Assembly (NCBI GenBank): GCA_029717555.1
Contig: JAMDHS010000080.1
Location: 1-64,000 of the forward strand
Direction of reading: 5' to 3'
DNA length: 64,000 nucleotides
Source: Peribolospora baueri
Taxonomy: Eukaryota
Shown here: positions 1 through 12,082 of the stretch, one piece after another
How positions within the stretch are numbered: position 1 is the first letter of the stretch
Layout: the number at the start of each line of letters is the position of its first letter
The notes under the pieces: generated by a model
What the model saw: only the letters and a program-made list of their open reading frames with translations
Database searches by the model: none
What the model was told of the DNA's origin: nothing
Position numbers and translations under genes: made by a program

Positions 1-7
<7 letters not shown>

Positions 8-31
<24 letters not shown>

Positions 32-34
32 TTT
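8..34. repeat. Poly(T) homopolymer (27 nt) preceded by C7
   Basis: Directly visible at the window start. Confidence 0.95.
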
Positions 35-416
35 CCTTTCATCCCGCCTTCGAGGCTGTCTTTCCCTCGCATTCTCCTTACTTTGACCGGAGAGCAGGGA
101 TAATGGAGTGGCATGTAGTCTGCCTGGGAATCGATCACGAGTCCTGATGAGCTGTGCGAGTGAAGAGAGAATGTTCATTCCCGCGCCGCCCCCGCCCAGA
201 GAGCGGTGGGTGGAGTGGGCTCGTTTCTCCGGTCCCCATCTTTCCCAGGCGCCGAACACACGCTGACATACGGAACGTTGTGAGATGGTTTTGCCTTGAG
301 CATGCGCATGCGGGATAACATCTAGCGGTACGAGCGCCCCATCCGACGGACCGTCTCTGACAAACTAGGCCGAGGCCACCCACACCGATAACCCCAACTG
401 TGCGCTCTGACGGCGC

Positions 417-948
417 TCATATCCGCCAAACACGGCCATCGCCACCGTGCAAAGGGCTCCAGACGCCGCGTACGCTCTCGTTGGAGCTCTCGACGGGATG
501 GCGCTTGAGTGGCTTGATCTTTGCGCCGGAAGAATCGAGGAGGAGTTGCACTTTGGAGGCGACGCTTTGTCGGGGTAGGTTTCGTAGGCCGATCGTCTTT
601 TCTCGGCCGTTCACTGGGCGTTGGGAGAGACGGAGGAGGAGCGGAGGAGCGAGTCAGCGACGGGATGGGATGCGATGACCGGGACGTTGACTCACTGTAG
701 AAGCCTCTGACGATGGGTTGATGGAAAGGGCGCTGCTTAACAACAACCTCTACGCTCCCGTTCTTGCGCGCCAACTCCACGACGTCCTTGTCGAGAAAGT
801 CACGGAGGCCCTTGTTGGAGGGCCATTGCTCGCAGTACTCGAAGACGAGCTTGCGGCACTGGAGGACGAAGGAGGTGACGCCGTTGGAGGGCTTGGAGCG
901 CAGGGCGTGCCGGGCGATGTAGGAGGACGTCGGCGGCGGAAGCGTCAT
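417..948 (-). CDS. MRPL51: Mitochondrial large ribosomal subunit protein mL43 (yeast MrpL51 family), 2 exons
   Basis: Exon 948-696 reads MTLPP...NGVTSFVLQCRKLVFEYCEQWPSNKGLRDFL...HQPIVRGFY. A GTGAGT..CAG intron occupies 695-614. Exon 613-417 reads MNGREKTIGLRNL...ESVRGVWSPLH. Motifs match the L51/S25/CI-B8 domain. Confidence 0.9.
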
Positions 949-1210
949 GGCGGGGTGCTAAAGAGCGAAGGCGACGGGGTGGACGTCTGTCTGTCTCTTT
1001 CGTTCTTGTCGAGCGTCGAGCGTCGAAATGTCGGACGTCGGACGTTTGGCCGGAAGAGGTTGGTGGATGCTGCGGCGACTCGCTGCATTCGATTCGCTCA
1101 ACGGCAGTGCCGGCTGAAAAGAAAAAAAGCGGCGCCGCGTTTGTCGCAGACTCATCAATCAATCTCTGGGCTGCGCTCGCTCCTGCTGCCCTCACCGTCG
1201 CACAACGAAC

Positions 1211-1238
1211 GACACGACACGACACGACACGACACGAC
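1211..1238 (+). repeat. (GACAC)n pentanucleotide microsatellite
   Basis: About 5.5 tandem copies in the divergent promoter/leader region. Confidence 0.9.
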
Positions 1239-1905
1239 GTCAGTCAGTCCGTCGTCACCCACCTCCACCCACGAAGCGATCGCCACACCGTCGACGCCGT
1301 CGCACCCGCCTCCCGCTCTCGCACGATTGTTGATGATCAGGTGAGCTGTGACAACGACGACGACCCGCGCGGCGCTGTCCGTCGGTGGCGGCATTTCTTC
1401 GAGCGGGCCCAACTCGATGGACAGCCCCCGAAAAACAGTCGGCCTCGTCTCCGGCGTCTCCTCCCGTCCGCACTCCACTTACTTACCTTTTACCTTCTTC
1501 ACCTTTCACCCTTCTTCACCTTCACCTTCCCCCTTATCATCCCTTCCTCCCCTCTTCCTCCCCTCTTCCTCCCCTCTCCGCGCAGACGCCCCCGTCGATG
1601 CACTCGCACTCGCGAATCATGCGCACGGCCGACGCTCCGCTCAGACACCGAACCCCCTTCGCTGAGCTCACCAGCTTCGTCGAGAAAAACCCTGCCTTTT
1701 CCAACACGCCTCACCACAACCGCAACCGCACCCGCGTCACCGCTCTCGAACCCGCTCTCCCCGCCCTCTCCCCACCTCTGTGCGCCCCCGTCGCCGGTAA
1801 CGTGGCCGACGCGCTTTGAGCGCGGGAAAAGAACATTGGTCCTTTCATCCCTTTCTCTTCCACACCCAGAAGGATACATAGACTAGAGCACGATCTTGGG
1901 CGAAA

Positions 1906-4900
1906 ATGACCGGTCAGCTTGCTTCCAAGAAGGGCGGTGAGTGTATGCCGTGTCCAGTCCATCAACGCCGGTCGGGCGGCAAGCTCAAGGCCCTCGTGTG
2001 CACCATGGTCGTACGACCGACCCGGGGTGGAGGGTGTACGTGACCCGACTTCTCATCCCCGTCTCTCTTCGTCCCTCCTCGCAGACGCTCGATCCAAACG
2101 GGCCAATCCCACCTCTCCCACAAAAGGCACTCAACCGCATACAAAGCGCTCTTCGCCATCCCCCACGTCCCCATCCAGCGATGCCATGCATCACCTATCC
2201 CGGCCGCAACATCATCAGCCCCCCCGTTTAGCGGACGGAAAACCTCACAATCACAAGCACACACACAAACACGCACATGCGGCCGCCTCGGCGTCGGCCG
2301 CCGACGCCGCCGGCCTCTCCATCAAGCTGCGTGTCGCCCCTCGCTCCGCCGGCGAACGAGTCGGCGACACCTCCAAGGTTCAGCACGCTTCCAAGCGAGC
2401 CAACCAAGCTGGTCATGCCTCGATGGCCACCAACCGCAGGACGAAGAAAGCGGACACTAAGCTCGAGCTCGGTTACGAAACCGACAGCGATCTGACTGAA
2501 GTGCCGTCGGAAAATGAAGGGGAAGAGCAGGGGGACCGCGCGGATGAGGATGACGACGACGATGACCATGATGGCGACGTCGCTTCCGACGATGAATTCG
2601 ACAGCACCGTTGGCACCACAGATCTCGAGGCGAGGCTCTGCTCGGACGAGGAGAGTCTGATCGACTCGGACGATTCTAACATTCCCAACCTTGGCGCTCT
2701 CGAAGCAGAGGAAGAGAGCTACCTCATCGAGGAAGCCGAAAAGGCCGCCAACGAGGCCAAAGCCCGTGCTCGGGTGCGCCGCAGCCTCCTCGAGGGCGGA
2801 GGTAAGCAGTTCCCTGGCCACGGAAGGGGCCGAGGTGGAATGGGAGAGTGGGGTCGGAGAGGGGGCGGAAACCGGGACAGGAAGCAGATCAAGAACAAGG
2901 ACGACAAGGAGGCGGGGGCGGAGACGGACGACGAAGGAGGAGAGGCGGGCGCCGGCTCGTTACGCGTACGTGACGGCGGAGGCCCCGGCTCCGATGACGA
3001 CGAAGACGCGGACGACGACGAGTTGGCGACGCGGGACGGTTTCGGCGTGACCCCGGACGACCTCTTCTTTGACGGGGGCTTCGACTCCTCGTCCGAGCCC
3101 AGCTTCACCGACTTTTTCGGCTCCGACAACGACGATCAGGGCATTGTCGGAGATAATAGCAGTGATGGCTCTACCGACGATGACGACTCGGACGACGACT
3201 CGGACGACGACGACGACATGAGCGAGATCGAGGAGCTCGGCGGTGGTGCAGAGACTTCCACCGCCCCCGTCACCAGCAATGCTCTCGCTGCGCTCGACGC
3301 TGGTGGTGGTCAGGCGGCCAATGAAGCTTCAGCCGCTCCTCCTATGCGTTACCAGGAGGAAGTCCCTCTCATCGTCATCGAAGACCTCGACGGCCGTCTC
3401 ATCTATGCGCGCGCCCGGGGTGGTGAAGCCGTGTTCGGGTCGGATGGAGAGTTCGAGTTCGCGGAGAGTGGCGACGACGATTCCGACTGGGAGGACGCTC
3501 ATATCGCCGGCCTGTCGGGCTCTGCAGGTTCTCTCTGGGGTGTCGGCCCCGGTGACGAGGCGTGGGATGATGGCGATACGACGGACGAACTACCCGAGGA
3601 AGACATGCCTTTCCCGCGGCTCCTCATCGGCTCCATCACGCCGCGTGGACGTCGTAACCCCCGCGCAGCCCTCCTCGCTCGCAACAACAAGGCGGCCAAG
3701 ATGGCCGCCGAGGCTGCCAACGCCGCCATCGCCGCCAGCGGCACGGGCAGCGCGACCACGGTCGATTCGAGCATCCCGTCGCCCACCGCGTCGCCCAGTC
3801 ACGGTTCGGCGTCGCTCCCTTCGACGAACGACGGTACCACCAAGGGCAAGTCCTCAGCGCTCGGTCCTCCGCGCTCAAACAATTTTCTGTCTTTGTCCGC
3901 GCCTCTCTCGCCGTCTCGCCCTCACATCCCGTCCAAGCCGAGAGTCCTGCCTCCGATGGGCAGCTTCATGCCCGCGGCCGCTTCGGCTGAGCATCGCGCC
4001 GTGATTGACGGACAGCAAGAGACACCGTCTCCCTTCTCGGGCCGCGGCACGATTCGCAGCAGGGGAACGAGCAGCAAGCGAAAGAGAGGCCTCCAGCGGC
4101 GCGAGTCGTCTTCCACCAACTCGTCCAAGCGCGGTCGTCTGCATGTGCCCGGGCCGACGCGATTCCTCATGCCCGATCCTTTTGAAGAGGACGAACGGTA
4201 CAGTTCGGACCTCGGTCCGGAGGACGTGGCCATGGACCTTGACGACATTCTCGATTGCAGCGTCCTGGCCCGCGGCGTCGGCCCGAGCAGCGGAGACGAC
4301 ACGGACGATGCGGAGATGGACGACTCCGCCGCCGGCAGGAGCGGGGCGTCGGTGAGCGGGAGGAGGAAGAGTTTGACCGCTGGCGGCGGCTCGAGGAGGT
4401 ACCTTTGCGACCTCTCGCGGTGGGACCGCATCCCCATTGGCGCTTTCCGCAACAACACGCAGTCCCCCGGCTCCAATCCGATGACATCCTATTTCCTCGC
4501 CGTCCAGCAACAGCAGAAGAGCCCCAGCGCGCGCAGCCAGAGCGGACACCACCATCGTTCTTCGAACGGTCATGTGGGCGGTCACGCTGGAGCGCTGCTC
4601 CCCATTCGTATCCTGCGCTCCAACTACCCTGCCACATCCCTGGACGCCACGCTCTGCGAGGACGACGAGAATAAACGGAAAGCGAGGAAACGTCGCATGG
4701 AGACGTTCCTCGTCTCTCCTGTTCTCGCTCCTTTTCATGGAGGCGGCGGCGGCGACCCGTTCCGCACGGGCGAAAGCGGCTCGGCCCCGGCCGCATGGGG
4801 CGTCGCGGCGAGAAAGGTGAAAAAGAAAGCGAAGAAGCTCAAGAAGAAGAAGCTACGCGAAGCGGCTGCCGCCGCGGCGGCGGCCAAGTCGGCAGGAGGA

Positions 4901-5473
4901 GGCGAGGAGAACGGAGTGTTCGCTTCGTCCATCAGTCCCCCCGCTCCTTTCATTCGCCCCCTTCCGGAACCGAAACCCAAAGCTGATGCGTTGTCCCCTG
5001 GAGCGACGACGGAAGCCAACGCCAAGCTAGCGGCGGCGGCGTCGAGCCCGGGCGCCACCGGTGGCGGTGGTAGCCACATCGCACGCAAGGTGCAGCTTCC
5101 CAAGCTCAAGATCCTCGCCCCCTCCCCGATGCCTAGCCCTGCTGGCTCTCCCACCTCGACGACCGCACCGACGCTCGCCACGAACGGACTCGCAGCTGCC
5201 GCGCCGGCGTCTGCGCCACCAACGGCACCCGTGGATGGCCATGGGCGACAAGCGGATGAGGCAGCTAAGCCCCCCAGGGCCTCCAGCGCCCCGTCCCATC
5301 TTCCCCACTCGCACACATCTCCACCCCGCCGCGAGCAGGAGCGCGACCGAGGCGAGCAGCAAAAGGTACCTTTATCGGTGTTCGGCGCCAACACTCTCCA
5401 CTCTCCTCTCTTCTCCGGCATTCCAGGCATGATGATGCCGCCTCTGGCGCTGGATGAGGATGTGGAGATTTAG
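1906..5473 (+). CDS. Large acidic, low-complexity nuclear protein; tentatively an Ifh1/Crf1-like ribosomal-protein gene co-regulator
   Basis: ATG 1906 (MTGQLASKKG) is followed by a GTGAGT..CGCAG intron at 1937-2084 that joins in frame to the long ORF ending at 5473. The protein has D/E-rich tracts, GYETDSD and GDTTDE motifs, and basic NLS-like clusters (KRKRG, KKKAKKLKKKK). The gene is well supported but the family call is tentative. Confidence 0.7.
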
Positions 5474-5960
5474 TCTCGGTTTCGGTTCACTAGGATCTTT
5501 ATCCGTCCGACGCGCTCGTCGAGCTCTCGGCTCGGATCGCTCCGCCTCCTTTCCTTCGCCGTTCTGGCTCGCCTTGGCTGCTGAGGACGGTCCGCTTCCT
5601 TCTCTCTTCCCTCCTTTCCTTTGGTTCCCTGACTGGCCCGCTCGACTGTTCCGACTCGACTCCCAACCATCGTCGCTCGCACATGGCATCTCGCTTCTCC
5701 ATTGCTTCCGCCTCCGTCACGCCTCGCTTCACCGCATGACCCATTCCCCCATTTTCTCTCCGGTCCACTCGCATGCACGCGTCATGAAAACTCACGAGTA
5801 TTTTTTCTTCAAGTCCTGTCTCGATTTCGTTCTCTTCGCCTCTGCCCTCTCTCATATCCCCCCCCCTTCCCCCATGAACCTTGACCGGTCCTGATTGGTC
5901 TCTGGCAGATCGTCCTTCTCTTCTCTACCTCTATTTCATTCGCTGTCGGTCCCGGTCTCC

Positions 5961-5985
5961 CTCTCTCTCTCTCTCTCTCTCTCTC
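5961..5985. repeat. (CT)n microsatellite
   Basis: About 12 CT units. Confidence 0.9.
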
Positions 5986-6536
5986 GTTCTCCCGCTCAGC
6001 TCCTCGCCCTCTCGTATCCTCTACGAAACTGATCATGTCATGTGTCCCGTGTGTGTTGTTTGTCTGTTCTCTTGCGATCTGTCCTGTTCTCGTTTCCGAC
6101 TTTTTGTATCTAACAAATTGGGGCAATCGCGTTCGTTCCCTTTTCAAGTCACTGACTGCGCTGCGGCTGCGGCTGTGGCTGCGGCGTTTCATTTAGGCTG
6201 GGCTGTTTCGCCGGCTCACCTTGACGACGAACGCCATTGTCGTCGTTGCCGTCGCCGTCGAGACGAGACGGACTGGACCCCTCCCTTTGTACAGGAGGAG
6301 ACGACGCCCTGCCTAGGCGCTCTTTTGTGACACGCCGCCGACGCCTGGCGAACAGCAAGTCAAATATGGCATGCCGTCATGGATGATCCCGCCCAACATA
6401 GGCGACGCGGCAGGCAGAGAGAAAGATCGTCAACCAAGCGCATCCGAGCCCATCCACCTATCCTATCCTATCCTATCCCTTCAGCCGCGTTCGCCCTTGT
6501 TTCTTGACAAGGCACGGTCTTGGGCCCGCTTGGGTG

Positions 6537-6566
6537 GTTGTTGTTGTTGTTGTTGTTGCTGTTGTT
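6537..6566. repeat. (GTT)n microsatellite
   Basis: About 10 units with one interruption. It explains the spurious poly-C/L/Q ORFs here. Confidence 0.9.
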
Positions 6567-7132
6567 CGGTCATTTGGGAAATATTCTCGTGCGTCGTCGG
6601 TGTCGTCGGCGTCTGGCTCGCCCACACAGCACACAATGGTGTATCGGGACGCTCGCTCGGCTCGGCTTGTGTGACGTTGCTCATTTCGAAATCGTTGGCA
6701 TGGCCGCCTCGCCCGTACGCACCCTCCGATGACACCCTCGTCGCTGACATATTATATAAGTGCGCTCACAGGGTCTCCTCGTCACATACATCCTCGGTCC
6801 TTTCTTTCCCTCCGCTTGCCGTTCTCCTCTCCCTCCTCTTTCTGTCTTCCTGTCCCTTAACAGCAGACGAATCCGGCTTCCTAGGACCTTCTGCATTGTC
6901 GCAGGGCGACCCTTCGAACTCGCACAACCTCTTTTCTTTTTTTTTCTCTCTCTTCTTTTCCGTTACTTGGTACTGTTGTCCCATTTCTTAGAACGGCCGT
7001 CCTCTTTTGAAGGTATTTTTCACCCGCTCTCTCACGTTCCTTCACCCTGGCCAGCTTGGGTTCGCCGGCTTAAGCTCATCTCGGACTTTGCGCCGTTTTA
7101 ACTCGCCACACAGAACAAAAAACGCCGTCGAC

Positions 7133-8371
7133 ATGGCGTTCGTTCCGACCAAGCTGATGTCTATCGTCATCCTCTCCCTCTCCCTCTCCCTCTCCCTCTT
7201 CAGCGTTGTCGTGCCCCTGGAGGGTGCCGTGGCCGCTCCCACTCCCTTCGCCCTCGCCCCGCGGATGTCAAGATCTCTTCAAGATTCCTCCCTCCAGCTC
7301 CAGGTGCACGCGTACGAGAAGCGCGTCGGCGGGTCCGGCGGCACGACTTTTACCGGTGCAGCGACTGAGGACAATTTGACAGGCTTGCTCGGCGCACTGG
7401 GCCAAGGAGCGGTGGGAGGACAGGGACAAGGACAGGCGGCCGCCGGAGGTGGAGGCGGCGGTTTGCTCGGAAAGCACGCCAGCGCTGGCACCACCGCTGG
7501 TGCATGTACTGGCGCCGGCAACGGCACTGACACTGCCTCTGGCACAGGCGCTGCTGGCACCGGCACCGGAACTTCTGCGTCTCCAGGTGCCACGACCTCT
7601 GCGACTGCGGGTGAGTCATCTTGCTTCATCGTCGTGGGCGAACAGCTCATCCCAATGTCGATAGATAGATGGCTTGCTCACTGTCCACCCCGTTTCCTTG
7701 CCGGTCTTCGTTCGCACAGGCGCTACTCAAGGTGGCCAGTCTACGTCCGGCAGCGATGGAAGTCAGTGTCGTTTCGATAATCTCTCGCCAATGCAGGGTA
7801 CCCCGGGAATCGATATCGCCATCGACCTTGTGTCCCTTGTCTGCCGAAACAGACAGCTCATCCCCTTCAATCTTTGTTTTTTTTCTTATTTTTACTACCC
7901 GCAGCCACCACGTCTGATTTTCCCGATGTCGCCAATGGACAGCAGGGTGCTGGTGCGATAGGCAGCTCGACCACCTCCGCAGGCAACTCGACCGCCTCCG
8001 CAAGCAACTCGACCACCTCCGCAGGCAACTCGACCGCCTCCGCAGGCACCTCGACCGCCTCCGCAAGCAACTCGACCACCTCCACGATCGGATCCGGGAC
8101 CGGCAGCGCCATGGGCGTCGGGCCGAGTGGGACGGCTCAGGGAGAGACTGGTAAAACCAAATGCAATGGAAGGGGCTCTCAGAAAGGCGCATCGGCGTCT
8201 GCCGCCACTCCTCAGGCTACAAGTACGGCCGGTAACAGTACGAACACTGGCCAGGGGAACGGCACGAGCGGGTCGACCGGCAACTCCCAAGGCTCGGCCG
8301 GACAGCAGTCTCAGGGCGCAAACGCCAACGGAGTGCCCGTCGAGATCATCCATGCGGGTGGGGCTGCTTGA
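7133..8371 (+). CDS. Secreted Gly/Ser/Thr/Ala-rich protein with signal peptide, probable Kex2 site and heptad repeats (about 3 exons)
   Basis: Hydrophobic leader MAFVPTKLMSIVILSLSLSLSLFSVVVPLEGAVAAP and a YEKR dibasic site. Intron 7611-7719 (GTGAGT..CAG) and a second intron ending at CGCAG 7903 keep the frame. Stop at 8369-8371. Confidence 0.75.
7961..8086 (+). repeat. 21-bp coding tandem repeat, 6 copies
   Basis: Unit (G/A)GCAACTCGACC(A/G)CCTCCGCA encodes (G/S)NST(T/A)SA. Confidence 0.9.
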
Positions 8372-8910
8372 AGGAACGAACGGACAAGACGACCATGGTT
8401 GCTCCGGGTCGCGCAGGTTTCGCGTGAGCCTCACCTGTCGATGACCGATCCGATCATTACGTCCTTTCGCCCCCTCGTGCTGGTCACGAGAAGGTTTGCG
8501 AGACCAAAGGAGAAGAAGGGTGATCTTGTCGTGAACGAGGCCTCTCTTTTCTTGCTCAGTTCCAAGCGTCCACTCCATGTCGCCATCTTCCCATTTGCTC
8601 CCGCCTTCCTCCTTACGAGGGAGGCGCTTTCCACTCCCGCACGGACTCGAGTCGTGATTCTGGATGCCAATCTACCCTGTAGCGTAGTCCTGGTCTTATC
8701 CCGCTCTTAAGACAACTTCCTGATACGATTCCGCATGCTATTGCATAGGGGCACCCTTGCGATAGCACACGACAAAGTGGGACACGAAGCGAGGAAGCCG
8801 TTCACCTCAGCTTCCGTCTCCGAAGTCTTCGCAGAGCCCACTTCCGTGCGCGCAGTGACTGGGTCAGACGTGTCCATGGCATTGGCGTATCGGACGGGCT
8901 ATTAAAATTT

Positions 8911-11900
8911 CTAGGCAGATGAGTGGAAGACATCGGGTTGAGAGTGCGAACGACAAGAGGGAGCGACGGTGACGTCGACGTCACTAATTCTGACGTCCAA
9001 ACCACGTGAAACAAAGTGGTTGGGAGAGGCGACAAGCGTGGATGAAGGAGAAACGGGAGTGGTGAGCGTGCTGTTCGGCTCTGAAGCAGAGACGGAAGTC
9101 ACTTGTGAGGATATTGGAGAAGCAGAGGAGGGCGAACCGCTGGAGGAGAAATGCAACCGGAGAGATCTTCGCTTTCGAGCCAGACGCCAACGACGAGTCT
9201 CTGAGAGAGATGTGGAAGACGAGAAAGGTGAAGAAGCGATCCGGGTGAACCTGAGTAGCGGATTCGAGGGGCTCGAGCCCGAGCGGAAACGGTCTGATCC
9301 GCATTGATCATTTTTGTCGTCGTCGTTCCTGGGCACATATGAGGTCCAGGAAGAGCTTTCATACGCTTGTATAAGTCGGCGAGCAGTGGTGCAGTAGCTA
9401 GGCTCATCAACACCCTCCTCGATGTCGTGGTGGTCCTGTGCTATGCCGTAGTTCCCGAAATCAGGGTCATCTTCATATTGGTCCTCATATCCATCTGGTA
9501 GACCGTTGTACTTCTCCTCCTCTGGGAAACGCCGAGTAGTTGGAGAATGACCCTGGAACACTTCTTCAGGAGGAACAAGGTGCTGAGACTGGAACCCTCG
9601 GACCGTCTTGTATGCTCGGCTCTTCCCATTGCCTTGTTCCGCTTCTTCTCCATCCCGCTGACGCTGGTCAGCATCATCAGATGCAGCGGGCCTTCCACCT
9701 TGGCACTGGTTTGATTTTTTCAAGGACAGATCCGCCGTCCACCGACAGCAAGCGTCCCCTTCAGGAGAAGGAGGTACCTGGCAAGCCCATCGCAGCCATT
9801 CGAATGTCTTGTCTGAGAAAGCTCCTCCTGTTGTAGTCGCAGTGGGCAAAACGTGTGATTTCCCGGAAGGTACCCTGCTTGCCACTGCTGCTGGGAGAGA
9901 GGATGGTGCTGATGACAACAAGGAGGAAGCAGCCTCTTCCGATGAAGACTCCACAGGACAAGTGCTGGCATCATCATCAGTATCCCTATGTCGGAGGCTT
10001 GTAGCCCTTTTTGATGGCCACTTTAGCACGGTGCCTGGGCGTGAGCGAGAGCGAGAACTCGAACCAGAGTTGAAGGTGTTGATAATGTCAGGAAAGGACC
10101 AGACATCGAGCTGGTCAAGCATATGTGCAGGCAGAGGTGCGCTGAGCATGGCCTCTCTTAGCTCTGCCAGTTCGTCGTCCGACTCTTCCGCTTCCCCCTC
10201 TCCTTCTCGCTCCCCCCGTCCTGCATGATATCTATGCTTCCTGTGGTGTTCAATGTCAGGTGTGGCCACCCACACAGAACTTTCCATCCTCCCAGAGACT
10301 GAGACCTGAGGTGACGTCCGGCCAGAAGCTGGTAGAGATGTCTCAGGTGAAGGCAGCTTGGACTGGGGGCCAGACCTGCAAGGAGTTTCCTTAGGCGAGA
10401 GCGGTCTAGCGCGCCGGACGAGCGAGTCGCTTCGGCCGTGCAGGATCACTTCCACAGCCATCGGAGAGAGGTAGTAAGTTGGTCGGGAGCGGGTACCATC
10501 TGGTCGGCGCTGGAACACGGAAGAAACACAATTATAGGTCGACAAAATGACTCCCGAAATGAAATGCGGTAGGACGGCAAAAGGACTAACCGAGAGCGCT
10601 AGACTGTATCCCCTGTATTTCCTGTCGACGTCAACCGTGGACAATTTCTTCTCCCGTCGCTCAAGCGTCGTCTGTTCGCTATCCTCTTCCTCCTCCTTTT
10701 CGCACTCCACTAAGGTGGCTCCGGCGCCTTGAACGGGTACGATGAGCCCTGTAATACCGTCTTCAACATCTGGCTTGAATGGGCTCCTGAACTCAGCTTC
10801 AGACCTGCGAAATCGCTGGGGCACCTGTCGGAGAGCTGGCATAGGGTGCTCCTTCCGACGACGGAACAGCAACTTGTACTCTCCTATCTGCTTTTCGGAT
10901 TTCCGACCTGTTGCAGTGGGCGTCGAGGGAGATGGCGTGGGAGGCGAATGCAACCTATACCTTTTCTTTGGATGAGCGATGTCCATATTGCCGCGTTTGG
11001 GGAGGTTCGAACGTCGGATCGGAATAGGGCCCGCCGCTTGACCGCGGTCGAGGACTTGACCGGGGTGGCGGACCTTGGGAGGAGGCGAACGAGGTCTGCG
11101 TGGGCGCGACTGTCCGCGGCAATCCGTTCGAAAAAAGACCACATCCGAGCCGGTCTCGGTCGACTGCTCTCCGGCGACTTCAAAGTCCTCCTCTAAAAGA
11201 CCACGATGCGCGTGAAAAGAGGGCCACGGACGAGGAGCATTAAAATTGCCTCGAGCTTGCCTCTGCCCATTCGTATGGTGCTGTCTGGATATGATAGATG
11301 ACAACTCCAGACGGTCCTGACGGGCTCGCAGAAATTCCCCGCCGAAGCCCACTTGCTTGTGCTTCGGTGAGTTGTGCGTTCCAGTCAGACTTCCTGAACC
11401 GAGGAGGTGGTCCTTAGCTTCGCCCGCCACCCATTTTCCAAACCTCTTGAAGAAGTTTGCGGACAGTTTTCCCAACCCGCGACCGTACATGATGGAAGCC
11501 GTAGGTGACGATATGTCCGACCGCGACTGTTCTCCGGATGGCGGCCCGTGGTGCAGGTCTGGGGAGGTGACAAAATGTGGTCTGTGCGAACAAGTCCGGA
11601 TGTTCTCGTCGCGCGCCATTATAACATTAGGACTTGACGGACCGACGGGGACATGTTCAGGCCTCGTCCTGCAGACATTGTCGGCGAACTGGACTTCGGG
11701 CGCTGTCATTAGCAGGCCCACTTGTCGCCTCAGCCGAGCTAATTCTAATTTTTTGCCGTGATCAAAAGGAACTTGAGTGTTAACGGTGGGGTCCATGTCG
11801 TCTAGAGGAGGGCTGGGCAAGTCCGTCAACGATTTGAAGCCATGATGGTAAAGATTCTGATCACTGGTGCAGGCCGAAGAACTAAGCAGCAGAGGGTGAG

Positions 11901-12082
11901 AGCCTGCCGATCCAGAACTCGCGACAGGCTTGCGGTCAGTGCGACATCCATCAAGGCGAAGGAAGACAACAATTTGAGCGTACGGACTTTGCGACCAGAA
12001 GATTGGAAAGGTTGGGACTCACGCCAGACTGGACTTCGTCGCCCGTACAATGCGAGTTCGACGCCAGAAGATTTGCACTCAT
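8911..12082 (-). CDS. Hypothetical protein, ~1000 aa, Ser/Arg/Pro-rich, no recognisable domain
   Basis: A 972-codon open frame. A likely first exon 12082-12023 (MSANLL...VQSG) joins in frame through a GTGAGT..CTGAC..AAG intron at 12022-11929. A probable in-frame intron lies at 10590-10510. Confidence 0.6.

Noticed and set aside
7961..8086. Direct repeats considered as a CRISPR-like array
   Set aside because: They are contiguous coding repeats with no spacers, in a eukaryotic context.
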